DNA of 58,747 nt, the filler included, from Sphacelaria rigidula (taxonomy: Eukaryota): NCBI GenBank assembly GCA_964200075.2. It is 10 parts of 10 records of this genome, joined end to end, with 100 filler letters (N's around TTAATTAATTAA, not from the genome) between each part and the next. Parts side by side here need not be neighbours in the genome. Positions count along the whole stretch, not along the records: positions 1 to 5,786 come from CAXNAA020024478.1; positions 5,887 to 11,672 come from CAXNAA020024479.1; 8 more parts are not named here. The stretch is one strand, 5' to 3'. This document shows, one piece after another, positions 1-11,590 of the stretch. The notes below the pieces were generated by a model that saw only the letters and a list, made by a program, of their open reading frames with translations, searched no databases and had not been told where the DNA came from. The position numbers were made by a program, and so were the translations under genes. Numbering within the stretch: the first letter of the stretch is position 1; every line of letters begins with the position of its first letter.

Positions 1-705
1 GGGCAATCAGGCAGAAGAAGTCGTGAATTTGGTGATTTTGAGTCGTGATGATTTGTCCTAACTGTGAAAGCTTGTCAATCATGGACACAATGTAACCTAA
101 CTCCGGTTAGCCCACCTCGTACAATGGCACCAGTGATGAACTCTATTTTCGTTCATTTTCGGTGGGGCGTTGTCTTAGTCCATTCGTCACGGAAAAAATG
201 CTCCACGAGTGCTAATTCACGCCACCGTTGTGCAGCTAAGAATTTCAGGAACACAACGTACCCGCGTTATGCTAGACTAGCATGACTTGCGCCAAAGGAT
301 GGAGGTTAGCGCTGTTACCTATTTTTCCGTTCCCGGGAGGAAACTCGGTGAGTCGGATGTATGTTTGGTCGGAGAGAGCATACATGGAGAGAGCAAGTGC
401 GAAGTCTTCGAGGTAAAAGTTTATTGCTCCATAACCAAAAGGCCGTGTGAACCGAAACCAACTTTGACGGAATGATGTGAATGTTTGCGCGCTCTTTCTC
501 ATCATTACGATCGTACGAACTTCTGGACCCAAGCAAAATATGCTCGTACAGTGCTGTTTCAGGAAATTCACGCCGCTTGTGGCGCTGAGGCAAAGCGGCA
601 ACAACAAATACTGATGTCATGTGAACATGATGAGCTCAGGGACATGCCTTATGCGATAGAAATCCTCAGTCCTCCTGCAGTAGCCCCGGGGTTTGCCTTT
701 TCCCA

Positions 706-890
706 GCAATCTTAGCAGGACGCAGCTCACCCTTCATGCAACTCGTCAAACACATCACGGCGCTTCGCGCTTGGAGATTGAGTGCGAGCCTGGTCCGGCC
801 AAGACCCGGCCTGCCCCGTCCCTGCCTTGTAGGGATGGGAGGTCAACAGCCTTATGACTACGGCATGCAAAATCATGAGTAACCGCTCCC
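706..890 (-). repeat. 5' half of a ~310-bp dispersed repeat (inverted copy)
   Basis: Its reverse complement aligns by eye with 36178-36360 (e.g. CCAAGCGCGAAGCGCCGTGATGTGTT, TGAAGGGTGAGCTGC) and partly with 55365-55440. Confidence 0.85.
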
Positions 891-1505
891 ACAGGAAATG
901 AACCATTTTGGGCCTGGATGCTTACAAAAATTAATTTGTAAACCGTGTGTTCCCCGAAAAGGTAGTACATCCTCCTCTGTATTGACTCGCGGGCTGTCGG
1001 CGATTTCGGAGAACATGCTTCTATTCTGCGGAAGCACTGAACCTTCGGGTCCTGGAGCATCATGGAAACGCACTACAATGCCATCTTTACACGCTAACTG
1101 TACTGTACAGTCCGATCTCACCCTATCCATCAGCCAAACACAACGCACAGCCTACTGAATGGGCTGCCCAGGCCACGCACCTTTTCGTCATTACGCGAAA
1201 TAAACCCTGCGATACCCCAGTTGACCGCCGGGTTGCGTCGTTGTGATTGCTGGTGGACTCTGTGTTGTCATACAGTGTGGCTGACACTTTCCGTCAACTA
1301 CAGCAGTGTCTCGAAGGCGCTGCCTATCGAAGGAGCTGTATACACTAGTTTGTAGCTTTGTTTTCGCTACAAAATTCGTGTTTTACACAGTACAGTCAGC
1401 ACACTGGGCGACACGGTTGCAATTTGCAATTTCCCAGCAGCCACGCAATCTGCCGTAGTTCCTGGAATACTGAACAGATTGCCGTCAAACCACGCGTGGT
1501 ATCGG

Positions 1506-1630
1506 CGGCCCAAAGCGTACTGATTACCTTGCACATGGATGGCAACCTCCGATGAGTTGCTTCATTTTCTGATATCGCCACTTCCAGAGACAGCCACGGC
1601 TTATACACTGCCTTATGACTATCTCACCAT
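1506..1630 (+). repeat. 3' half of the same ~310-bp dispersed repeat
   Basis: Shares TATCGCCACTTCCAGAGACAGCCACGGCTTATACACTGCC with 36430-36472; a reverse-strand copy lies at 52741-52864. Confidence 0.85.
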
Positions 1631-2998
1631 TTAAACACTACGTAGTACGACCATCGCCTCGCTCATCGCCATCGCCTTTGCGCAGAGTTGGAGTCCTTCA
1701 CCCCGCACAATATGATGTAACTCAACCACCACCATGGTTACCGGAAACTAAAAGCAAGCGCAAAAGAGAAGACGGAAACCTGGTTGCCTAGCTTACGCGG
1801 TGAGTGGCGTATTTTACAGCGGCGTTGCCAACCGACGCAAAACCTCAAAAGGGGGTCATTTCGTATGTGTGGTGGGGGGCGTGAAAGGCTCATATGTCCG
1901 AAATACGACGGATTTGACTAGACTTGGGGGATTGTTAATGCCGCAGAGCCTGTAGAGCGATCAAACGCAAACGAATAGCTGGCGGAAAAATAGAAGCCAC
2001 AACTCCCGAGCCAGGAAGACAGAGCTTTCAGAATCAGCGAGGTTGATCGAACAGTATCCAAGCTGCTACCACTGGCGGAGTGACAGGATCGCTGCACGTT
2101 AAGTTAAGCACTACGTCGGACACAGTCCCACGTTGTGGCGGATGATGAGAAAACATGGAATGTAGAGCCACGGCCCGTTATCAGCATAGGGTTAAGGTTA
2201 GGTGTCTGCTCCTAAATATATATATATATATGAAGATCCAAGAGTACTCGCGCCTGACTTCAAAGCACTGTCTAAGGACGTGAAGGCCCAACGTGGACGG
2301 TTTAGAACACGCGAGACAATGCCCATCAGTCGCTGCGAACATCACGTGTAGTATGGTCGGAAATGAAGGCCAGAGTTCGAGGCTTATGACTGAGTATTTG
2401 TTGATGACGGTGGGAGTGCGCGGGAGTTGACCGTAGTACCGCCCACGGTGTACATGCTTGGTGGCATTAGGTGCCGAAGTGAGGAAGGAGTCGATAGTTC
2501 CATGGCGACCTTAGCAATGATCACATGAAGTTTTACTCGCTGCATGGTTCCAGTTGTGCCGGCAGCAGGCTTAAGTTATGTTGGTCAGCACAGAAATTCT
2601 TGTTAGCCTTGCCTATCTAGTTTGTTCGTTCAACATCGACGCTCTCGACGTGTGACGCTCTTCGGCCACTGATTGCTGACAGCTGCTTTCCCTGCTCGGC
2701 AAGTCGGTCTTTTTCTCTGTTTCGTTGCGGTAGTGTCGTCCCAAGATACTTTGAACCATGTTGCTTATTTTCATGTTGCTCCACGGCGTTACCCCTTGCC
2801 TCCGTCGAGCGTACGTGGTTCACAAAAAAATTCTCATTCTGACATATCGGCCGTTTGCTGCGCTGGTTCAGGTAACTCTTTTGGAGCCAGAAAATCCAGA
2901 TACGGCCGTGGCCGTTTATCCGCAAAGTTGCATATTTTACCGACAGCTGGACTTCGTGCGAGCTTTGTTGGTGACTTTTACTCCCCATCGTGGGCGGG

Positions 2999-4069
2999 AT
3001 GGGTCGTCCGCAGTGTGCAGAAGTCACTTGCAAAAAGCATCCGTCATTCAATGAACCTGGCAGTGCGCGGGGCTTGTTCTGTTTGAAGCACGCCCGAACA
3101 GGCATGGTGAATGTCTACAGCAAGAAGTGCATCGTCGACGGCTGCACCAAGCAGGTGTCGTATGGCAATAATGGTGCTGGAAATGGAAAATTCTGCGGGC
3201 GACATGCCGTACAGGAGAAAGCGAAGATTCTTGACACGAGTCAAGAACGCGCCCCAGGACAGGGTAGCGTCGGTCACCAGCTGATCGACGGTGCAGTTGG
3301 CAGCGTGGATGGTGAACGTACAAGAAAACGCAGTCATCCCTCTAATGCTAGTTCCGGTGCAAACGGCGCCGTTGGTCCTAACGACGGTGTGCGCGCCAGG
3401 ACGACTCCGGAAGCTACAACGCAACCGCCGGTCTCCAAACGGCCTGCCACAGGGACTTCGTCGGGGTTTGACGAGGCTGAGGCAGGTGCGAAACAGAAAG
3501 GGTGTCCTGAACCTCCCAAAGACGTTGGTGTCAGCCTTGGAGCTGATGCGGCGACAAATACTCCCAGTAGTGGCATTAATGCTGCCGACGTTTCCTGCAG
3601 TAGCCGCGGTGGCGCGCTCGGTTCCTCGACTTCGTCTTTTTCCCAGCAAGCGATGGCCGAAAATGCATCGCGCCCATCTTCACCATCGCCCATCGCGTCC
3701 TCGAGCGACGATGGTGGTTCTGTGAGGAGTGCCGCCGCTGCTATCACCGACAGAAGCAATGGAGACGATGGCGGCGGCAGGGCGGAGACTGACTCTTCCC
3801 GAAGCAAGGCCGCAACGCCAGACACCCAACGTGGGGGCACCGCAGCTTCCGCTCCTCGGAAAACGGCTAAGATGAGCGTGGTGAAGCTTGCATCTCTTGT
3901 ATTGGAAGCTTGGGCAGAGGGGGGAGAGGAGGAAGAGGGGGACGACGACGACGACGAAGGGTTGCGGCCGCGTCTGGCGTCAGCGAAGAAGGCTGCGGCT
4001 GTCAACTTTGTGAACGCCGCCGCCACTGTGCTGGGGATGGCAAAGGTGTCGGAAAAAAACAAACTCTGA
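2999..4069 (+). CDS. EsV-1-7 cysteine-rich repeat protein (two N-terminal repeats plus long low-complexity tail)
   Basis: ORF from ATG 2999 (MGRPQCAEVTCKKHPSFNEPGSARGLFCLKHARTGMVNVYSKKCIVDGCTKQVSYGNNGAGNGKFCGRHA) has two C-x4-C...FC-x2-H units joined by GMVNV, the pattern of EsV-1-7 repeats. The remaining ~290 aa are S/A/G-rich with an acidic run. An upstream exon cannot be excluded. Confidence 0.8.
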   Translation: MGRPQCAEVTCKKHPSFNEPGSARGLFCLKHARTGMVNVYSKKCIVDGCTKQVSYGNNGAGNGKFCGRHAVQEKAKILDTSQERAPGQGSVGHQLIDGAVGSVDGERTRKRSHPSNASSGANGAVGPNDGVRARTTPEATTQPPVSKRPATGTSSGFDEAEAGAKQKGCPEPPKDVGVSLGADAATNTPSSGINAADVSCSSRGGALGSSTSSFSQQAMAENASRPSSPSPIASSSDDGGSVRSAAAAITDRSNGDDGGGRAETDSSRSKAATPDTQRGGTAASAPRKTAKMSVVKLASLVLEAWAEGGEEEEGDDDDDEGLRPRLASAKKAAAVNFVNAAATVLGMAKVSEKNKL

Positions 4070-5786
4070 CCTTTCTTGGCACGGACGTAATCGGCGGAGT
4101 ATGAAGATGATGAGAAGGTTTCAGCCTCGGTTGTGCGAAACAGTTTTGTGCTGTGACGCCTGTGATATTTGAGCACGTGGCGATGGATCAGGTTATGTCC
4201 AACGATGCACGAGCAGTGTAATTTGATTCGACGGCCGCGACAAATGCCTATTATGGTCCCGGTTTGGCGATGTAGAGAAGGCGAGGGTCGTTCGTGTCCA
4301 GCACCGTTTCTTGGAGCACGTGAGCGACGAGCCATTTACTCGGCCTATGCAGTGTTGTTCGTGCTTTCATGAAAGGTCGGCTATCAATTCTTCTTAGCTG
4401 CATTTGTTGGCGAGTAGTACAAATGAACGCCTTTGACAGTGAAGCATGCAGAGCCGTAAATTACGGCGGACAACAGCCCTCACGTGTCCTCACGAGAATG
4501 CTTCTTGGGATGGAAAACGGGGTATGTTCTCCCGTCCTCTCTGGTGATCAGCTTGTGCGCGACTTCGCACTTTGGAGCGTTCTTCTCTCGCCCGTTTTCG
4601 TTGAAGGGATGTCGGTACGGGGATGAGTGATGGCAACAGATTAGATGATGGTACGCTGCCACGATTAAATAGTCTTGTCTATAGCGAAAGAGGCAAATAA
4701 ATGTGTTCAGCGATTGGTCGCTCAAGGTTTGGACGGTGGCACCTGACATCCTGAGGAGGAGTCAATCGGCCTTTCGAGGGACTTGTCAAACGTAATATAT
4801 CGTTTCGTATCGGGGGGAAGGCCTGTTTGATTAAAGTGTAGGGTAGCCATCCTGTTGATTCATCGGGGGTGGGGGAGCGTTGGCCCAAGCCCTTCGATTG
4901 GCCAGTACGCTTCTCTCCCGAAAACTCGGGTCAAAAGTCGCCTCGAGCAAAGGTGACACGTCGAGCGAATAGTCCTAAATATGTCCCTCCCTGGGCGCGT
5001 GGGAATCGCGTGTACTGTTGTTGTAAATATTTCCCGCAATGTCTGTTCGGCTACTGCTTTCCAGTAGTTATGAGTCAGGAGTCGAAGGAGGTATGAGGTA
5101 CTGTACCGTTATTCTTGCTTTGGTGTCAGTAACGCGCATCTGATTGAATCGAAACAAGCGAGTAAGAACGCATGTTGCTTGGCTGCTATCCCAAACTGCC
5201 GCCTAGCTCCTGAGAGCAAACCGCCATTGGTGTGCACGCATGGTGTGAAATTGACAAAAAGTGCATAAGTGACATTTCAGGGTGTGGGATGCACTCCGCG
5301 GTGATTGTACGAATCCGGAGAAGCTAGTGTTTGATGCAGTTTCGTTAATTGTTCAGGAGATACACTTGTAGGTCTGTAACTTTGGTAAGATTGTACAGGA
5401 ATGAAGCGTATCGTGGGGGGTGGGCGACGAATATTCGCAGGGCGTGCAATGCTACTACGCCACATTCCCGGAAGGTGATCGACAGGCCGTCAACAGCAAT
5501 GGTTTCCAGTGTGTGTAACAAACTTTTGGTTTCTGGAAGGGGTTATTTTGAGAGGTCAGGGTCATTTGTATGGAGTTTGGAGCAAAATCAACTGTCAGTG
5601 TTTGTATCATCGTCAACAACTCATGTTGGCTTCGGTATACCTCGATCGTTTGAAATATATGGGCTACATACAGCGAGGACGTCGCCTTTTGAAGCAGACT
5701 GCCAAAAACAGTGTTTTCGTGAGATTGAGAGTAGATGATAAGATTGAGAGGGGCTCTGATCATTCGCTTCAAGAAACCAAAAGTTT

Positions 5787-5886
5787 NNNNNNNNNNNNNN
5801 NNNNNNNNNNNNNNNNNNNNNNNNNNNNNNTTAATTAATTAANNNNNNNNNNNNNNNNNNNNNNNNNNNNNNNNNNNNNNNNNNNN
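5787..5886. other. Artificial scaffold-joining spacer (N44-TTAATTAATTAA-N44); identical spacers at 11673-11772, 17558-17657, 23443-23542, 29328-29427, 35213-35312, 41097-41196, 46981-47080, 52865-52964
   Basis: Seen directly: nine identical 100-bp spacers whose 12-mer places stop codons in all six frames; the segments between them are 5786-5783 bp in non-increasing order. Confidence 0.98.
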
Positions 5887-6414
5887 AAACCCCTCACCAC
5901 CCTCCTCAAGAAGGGGGTGAAATTCGTGTTCACGTCGGCAATGGAAAAAATTGTACGAGAGCAGCTCGACACATTGTCGAAGCCGCCAATTCTGGTTTTT
6001 CCCGACTGGTCAGGTGCTGAAAATGGCTCCCATCCGTTCCGACTTCACACGGATTCTTCGAGAATTGGGTTTGGCTGCACACTGGAACAGGAACAAGACG
6101 ATGCTAGTGTTCGCCTCATCGTATATCTGAGCCGAACCACCTATCCAAACGAACAGAACTGGTCCGTCATGGAACAAGGAGCCGGTGCAATTGTTTGGGG
6201 AGTGCGATGCCTCCGGCAATATTTGTATGACCTCCCGTTTGTGATTTATACCGACCATAATTCTTTGGAAAACCTCGCCAAAATGGCGGAACACAACGCC
6301 CGGGTTCAACGCTGGTTTGAAATCCTGTCTTCCTACAGCTTCACGTTGAAGAACCGCACAGGTCCCCAAAACGCAAACACCGACTTCCTGTCACGCTTGC
6401 CCTTGCCGGCCTAA
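5887..6414 (+). mobile_element. Ty3/Gypsy LTR-retrotransposon pol fragment (RT connection plus RNase H), truncated
   Basis: Translation has PLTTLLKKG..F, PPILVFPDW, FRLHTDSS..GFGCTLEQ, IVYLSRT...NEQNWS, FVIYTDH, RVQRW, NANTDFLSRLP, the canonical Ty3/Gypsy RNase H motif series. The frame stops just after SRLP and no integrase follows. Confidence 0.92.
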
Positions 6415-6533
6415 CCCGTGGACAATTCCGCCTTGGGTCGCATCACAGACCCCACCGAAGACATTGTATATTTCATAAGCACAAATGGTCATCGCGGACT
6501 CTATGCTCCACTCTCACTGAACCTCACATCACA

Positions 6534-7902
6534 CCCTGCCCCAGCTACCCTCTTGCGCGTGACCGCGGGCGTTCGCTAGATACATTTTGTTATATTAGTC
6601 ACCTCGGATCAAAAGTTATGGAGGGACAACCAAATTCGGGTCCGTGAAGATTTCCACTTTATTGCGACTATTGTCGGCCGGCAATAGTCGCAATAGGCCT
6701 ATACTTTGTGAAATCCAACTCTCGTCTATTGTATCTACTGACCACATATCGTCCAGCGTGTGTAACAATCGCATTATTACAAACTAGGCGCTAATGCACG
6801 CTCAGGTCGCGATATGGCGATATTTTGATCTTGAAAGTGAAATCACCATTCGCTATTTCTCAATCTCCCTTATACTCGGAGGTTATGAACATCGGGGTGG
6901 AGTATTCTTGTCGGGAAATGAACAGATAGATGTCGAATGGTTCCGAATCAGAAGAGGTATCTCAAACTCGAGGTTGCTGGTACATTTCACAGTATTTCAC
7001 AGTCAAAAATATACCGGGAACCTCGAGTCTGAGATACTGGACCTGTGGAACGTGGGTTTACACATTCCTGGTTGCTCTCTTCAAATAGTTGACGGCACGC
7101 ACGACGGTCGGCGAACTAATTTTCACTTGTCCTGAAGATCTCGGCGCCTGCGGGAGAGGGTAGGACAATGTACTGCCTGCGATTCAAAGTTGGCGAATCG
7201 TGTTGCCCATTGAGAATTTTTAGTTACAACAGCCCAAGTGAAGCTGCGCCGATAAGCGCGGCATGTGCTGTCAGCGTGTTCGCAGCAGTAGTCATGGTGC
7301 AAAACCGCACACGCACGCTGCGTACCCTCAACAAGTGAAAAACGATGAGATACAGTACGCTGTAGAAGGTTCGTGGAGCTGCGGCACCAAACACTACAGA
7401 CTGCTGCTGCTGTGCACAATTATACAGCGTAATCTAATGATATCAGTACTTCAGATTCCATACTAATGCACTGTCTGCAGGCGCCTGTGTTATGACTCTC
7501 ACAACTATGTGCCTCATATGCACCCCTGAATCCTTCCGCCTGTAGAGTAGGCGTTTCGTGTTGTGACAAAGGAATGATTCCGAACCCCAAATATGGATAG
7601 TCTTATCCAGTCTTCCTGCGGGGTGGTGGTTGTCAACGGGGGGGTCTATCGTAGAAAGTGTCTGCGATTGTCACACACCCTGAACGATATATGGCCAATA
7701 GATGCAATAGACGAGAGTTGTACTGCATAAGGTATAGGCCTATTGCGACTAATGCCGGCTGACAAAAGTCGCAATAAAGTGGAAATCTTCACGGACCCGA
7801 ATTTGGTTGTCCCTCCATAACTTTTGATCCGAGGTGACTAATAAAACAAAATGTATTTAGCGAACGCCCGCGGCCACGCGCAGAAGGGTAGCGGGGGCAG
7901 GG
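6534..7902. repeat. Long inverted repeat pair (~170-bp arms 6534-6704 and 7732-7902) enclosing ~1 kb; probable non-autonomous DNA element
   Basis: The arms are near-perfect reverse complements (ATTAGTCACCTCGGATCAAAAGTTATGGAGGGACAACCAAATTCGGGTCCGTGAAGATTTCCAC). No TSD was found. Confidence 0.85.
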
Positions 7903-10900
7903 GAAAAAAAAGAAGAGAGAAATTGTTGCACCAAGCCGGGGTTCGAACCCGCGTCCTGGGTCTTTCCCCCCGTTTGTTTTTGGCTGTGGACCTTTTCTTT
8001 TGCTAGCATTTGCTCACAAATTTGTTTCCAGACCCCGTAGCACCCAGCGAACACTACTAGCCTTCACCTACCAGCCTACAGCTACTTGCAGAGACGAACA
8101 TCGCACGAAATGTATACATGTGGTACATTTTAGACTTCGAAGTACATATTTTCACCAAATTTGAAAAAAAAGTGGCGACGACAGACACAAAAAGGTTCGG
8201 CCCAAACGGTTTTAGAACCCGTGTTTCTCTTCTCGCCATGAACGTTTTATTCGGTGCAAATATGCAATAATTTCTGCGGGCAAGATGGCTGACACAATCA
8301 CCATAATTTTTGGTTGGATTAGAGACCTTGACCACAGCAAGAAAATGATGATGTAGGATGAAAGCAAGTCTCCCAATTATGGCGAGGGTCCCCCTCGCCG
8401 GGGGGGGGAGGAGAGGTCCTCATTTGTTGCTTGCCTTAGTCGTTCGGCAGGGGCGGGGCATTTTTCATGAGAGGTATCTCTCACGGCTGTGGTAATATGG
8501 CGCCGGATTGCACGACACCAGAATCCTGCACAGCCGACAACAAGCTGGCACACGAAGCCCCATCGATGCGTCACCGAAAATTATTCGCATCGTCCATGTC
8601 TTAGAGTCGCCCACCGGGCGCAAGGTATCGGGCTGTCGCCAGTCGATGAGTGGAGAGCTGCTCCGTCTTGCCCTCCACTGGACTCCCCGTCATTTCAGGA
8701 GTCACAAGATCCGATCTAAGAAAATATCTGAACACGCGCCAGGATCACTCGCCCGTCGGCGGAGTAACCGCCGGGTGGAGAGACCGTGATCATGCGCGCG
8801 TGCCGCAGCAAAGCACGGTACGGGAACACTCGGATGCCAACAGTGCACAAATGAAGAAGGTCGGACCGTGGAACGATTGCTACTGAAATATTCGCACAGG
8901 TCCTCCGAGGACCAAGCAGAGGCAATGCAAAAACGTCGTCGTCAAACAAACGGTCTCTGCGCCGTCGCTTCGGCGTGTGTCATCGTGCACCGAAACGCAA
9001 GTCCTCTGACAAAAATTAAAACAAATCTCTCCACCGAAGACCCGAACGATCACAGGCGAAGCATATGAGTAGACCTGGTCACCACAGGTGTGAAGCACAC
9101 CCCCCCAGCCCCCAAGACACCGAGATACTATACAGACTATCACAGACATCAACAACAGGGAACACACACGGAGGAACGCTACAAAATACGAAGAGAGCCG
9201 AGAAGGGGGGGAAAAGATAATCAGCCCGCCGATCACCGCGCCACAGAGGACAATAGAACCACGCAGTACGAGGTACCTCATACCCAAAACCCATGGCACG
9301 GGTCCGCGACTCAGGGGGCCAAACAGGCATAAATGTTGTGCGATGTGCGCCGAATTTATCACACGAACCCATACTCCTGCATGGAGCACAACACATCCAC
9401 AGACCCCGACAACAGCCGTCCTCACGGTTCGCTGCCGCCCCCACCACCACGACGCGTCGGCGTCGAGATGTGGAGACAACGAATTCACCACGATCACAGA
9501 AGGATGTATGATTCGTCGCGACAGGCGGGTAGAAGCCGTCACCCCAACTTCCGGCGGGGCAGACTGTCGTGGATCTAGAGTGAGGTTTAACTTCCCGCCC
9601 CCCTCTCCGTCCATTTATCATGAAGTTGTTACACCCTTCACACTAACAGCGTGGAGGCTTTCCGTAAACGCCTGGAAAATCCACACGACCCCCTATCCCA
9701 CAGCCAGGCGAAAGCCTTCCGTACCGCCGACAGAATCTCTCTATCCCCGACCCACAGGACGGGGTATGCCGCGGTGAAACAGTCCCACCGAGGTATCCGC
9801 GCCCTCCGTCCATGTGCTCCGAGCGATTTCCTTAGCCTGAAGGCCGTCTGCACAGGAGTCAACGGTTAAAGGTGACGGGCACGGCACGGACACAGTGAGC
9901 GCAATGAAATATTGACAACAAAAAGAAAGAAAACAGCGCTAGTATCACGTGCATCGCCGAAGGTGTGGCGCGCAACGTGCGCCGACCACGACATTATGTC
10001 GCCGGAATGGCAGGCATGAACATAATTGGGTGTGGGAGATGGGCACCGAAGTATGGAGGCAAGGCGTAGTGTTCATGCCATACGACAGAAACGGCGACGG
10101 CGAGATAATACTTGAATACGAACCCGCGGTTCGACAGAAAACTACTCGTATCGTAGCACAATACTACTGCCAAGCCCTGCTGGTGTCAAGGGACTTTTGC
10201 CGCCAGTGGGATGGACGAAATGTGGATCCCATCCCCCAAGGTTTGTCTTCTTTACTTTGTGCATGTGAGCTCCCAACTTCATTCCGATATCAGTTGTTTC
10301 GACAAATACATCGTTCATTCGCGCAGCTCTACTCAAAGATACGAGTACTTTCGCATGCGATGGCAGTACTGTACACGGATATTAGGAGCTCTCACTAGGG
10401 CTTTCGACAGAAATAACATGTAGAAAACGCCGCAATCATCAAACCGTTCAAATCATTATATTTCGTAATTTCCGCACCGCGTTCGAGCATAGGGTCGACG
10501 CACTTGGTAGCTGTCTCGACATCGAGAATAAGCTTTGACGGAGGTGCCTATAGTCGTTCGCGCGCCGATGGCATATCGTGCTGAGTGAGTGTCTTGCCGC
10601 ATTCTTCCATCGAAAAAAAGGAGCGATGGCAATTAATTTTAGCGAAATTCGCTCACTTCCTCTCGAGGTGCGTCGACGGGAATTTTCAAGCGTCTTATCG
10701 GAAACGGGCGGTCAAATTGGTCAAGCGGTAGATGGTCGTTTGTGAACAACACAGACAGTGCGTACTGCCTGCACTGTTTGAATGCAGTGTATGTGAAGTC
10801 CGTGTCTGCGTGTTTCGTGCAGCAGGATGTGAAAGAGGATCGGGCACCATGCAGAACTTCCACTGTAGCACCATCTGTTCCCTGTGCCCCCAATGAGACG

Positions 10901-11029
10901 TGAAAAGGACTCGGACACCGCGCAGCTTTGTACATGCCTTCTGTCCGTTACCGCGTCCGCGAGGGGGTTGGCCATGTTACCACGCTGTTCTAACCCTGAT
11001 CCGGACGATGGAAAACAATAGTCAAGTTT

Positions 11030-11590
11030 TTACCCGTCGGACGAGCACGGGTACGAATCGTGTCTCGCACTCGCTTGGCTACTCGTGGTGAAAAAAAAGT
11101 AATAGGGTGAGTAATCGAGTCATTGCTCGTGGTGAAACAAATGAACAGGGTAAGTACTCGAGTCATTGCGCCTGGTGAAAGAAAAATCACACGTCAGAGT
11201 ATTCATTACTCGGCGAATTGAGTGCACTCATGGATGTTTTTTTCAACACAATGAACATGCCTCGTGTGCTCGAGTCATGATTATATTTTTCCACGAGCAA
11301 CCACTCGAGTACTCATCGTCGGATTGCTGACTACTCCACTCAAGTCGTTCATCATTAGCAATGACTCGAGTGCTCGCCCTATTATTTTTTCCACAACGAG
11401 CGATGACTCGAGTATCTCGCCCTATTAATTTTTACCGCCAACGAGCAGCCCAACGAGTGCGAGTGTCACGAGTCATACTCGTGCTCGGCCGGCGTGTTGA
11501 TAAACCATAGAGCGAATACTCGAGTTATCGCTCGTAGTGTCAAACGTTAATAGGGCGAGTACTCGAGTCATTCCTCGTGGCAGAGAAAAT
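11030..11590. repeat. Degenerate array of (GTA)CTCGAGTCATTGCTCGTGG-type motifs in both orientations
   Basis: The motif recurs at ~11115, 11155, 11270 and 11560, and inverted at ~11360 and 11400. Confidence 0.7.

Noticed and set aside
2188..2203. Telomere-like GGGTTAAGGTTAGG
   Set aside because: Only about two imperfect units; compatible with chance.
3334..4335. 333-aa minus-strand ORF (and similar overlapping ORFs at 42195-43161, 48851-49597, 15987-16508)
   Set aside because: These are antisense or alternative-frame shadows of GC-rich coding exons, with no recognisable motifs.
5831..5842. Periodic TTAATTAATTAA motif every ~5885 bp
   Set aside because: It is an assembly linker embedded in N runs, not biological sequence.
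7924..7960. tRNA T-arm-like sequence on the minus strand (GCGGGTTCGAACCCCGG)
   Set aside because: Only the 3' third is present; there is no D-arm or anticodon arm.
8400..9870. Several 60-244 aa overlapping ORFs
   Set aside because: No domain is recognisable in any frame; probably decayed retroelement or non-coding DNA, but I cannot support a call.
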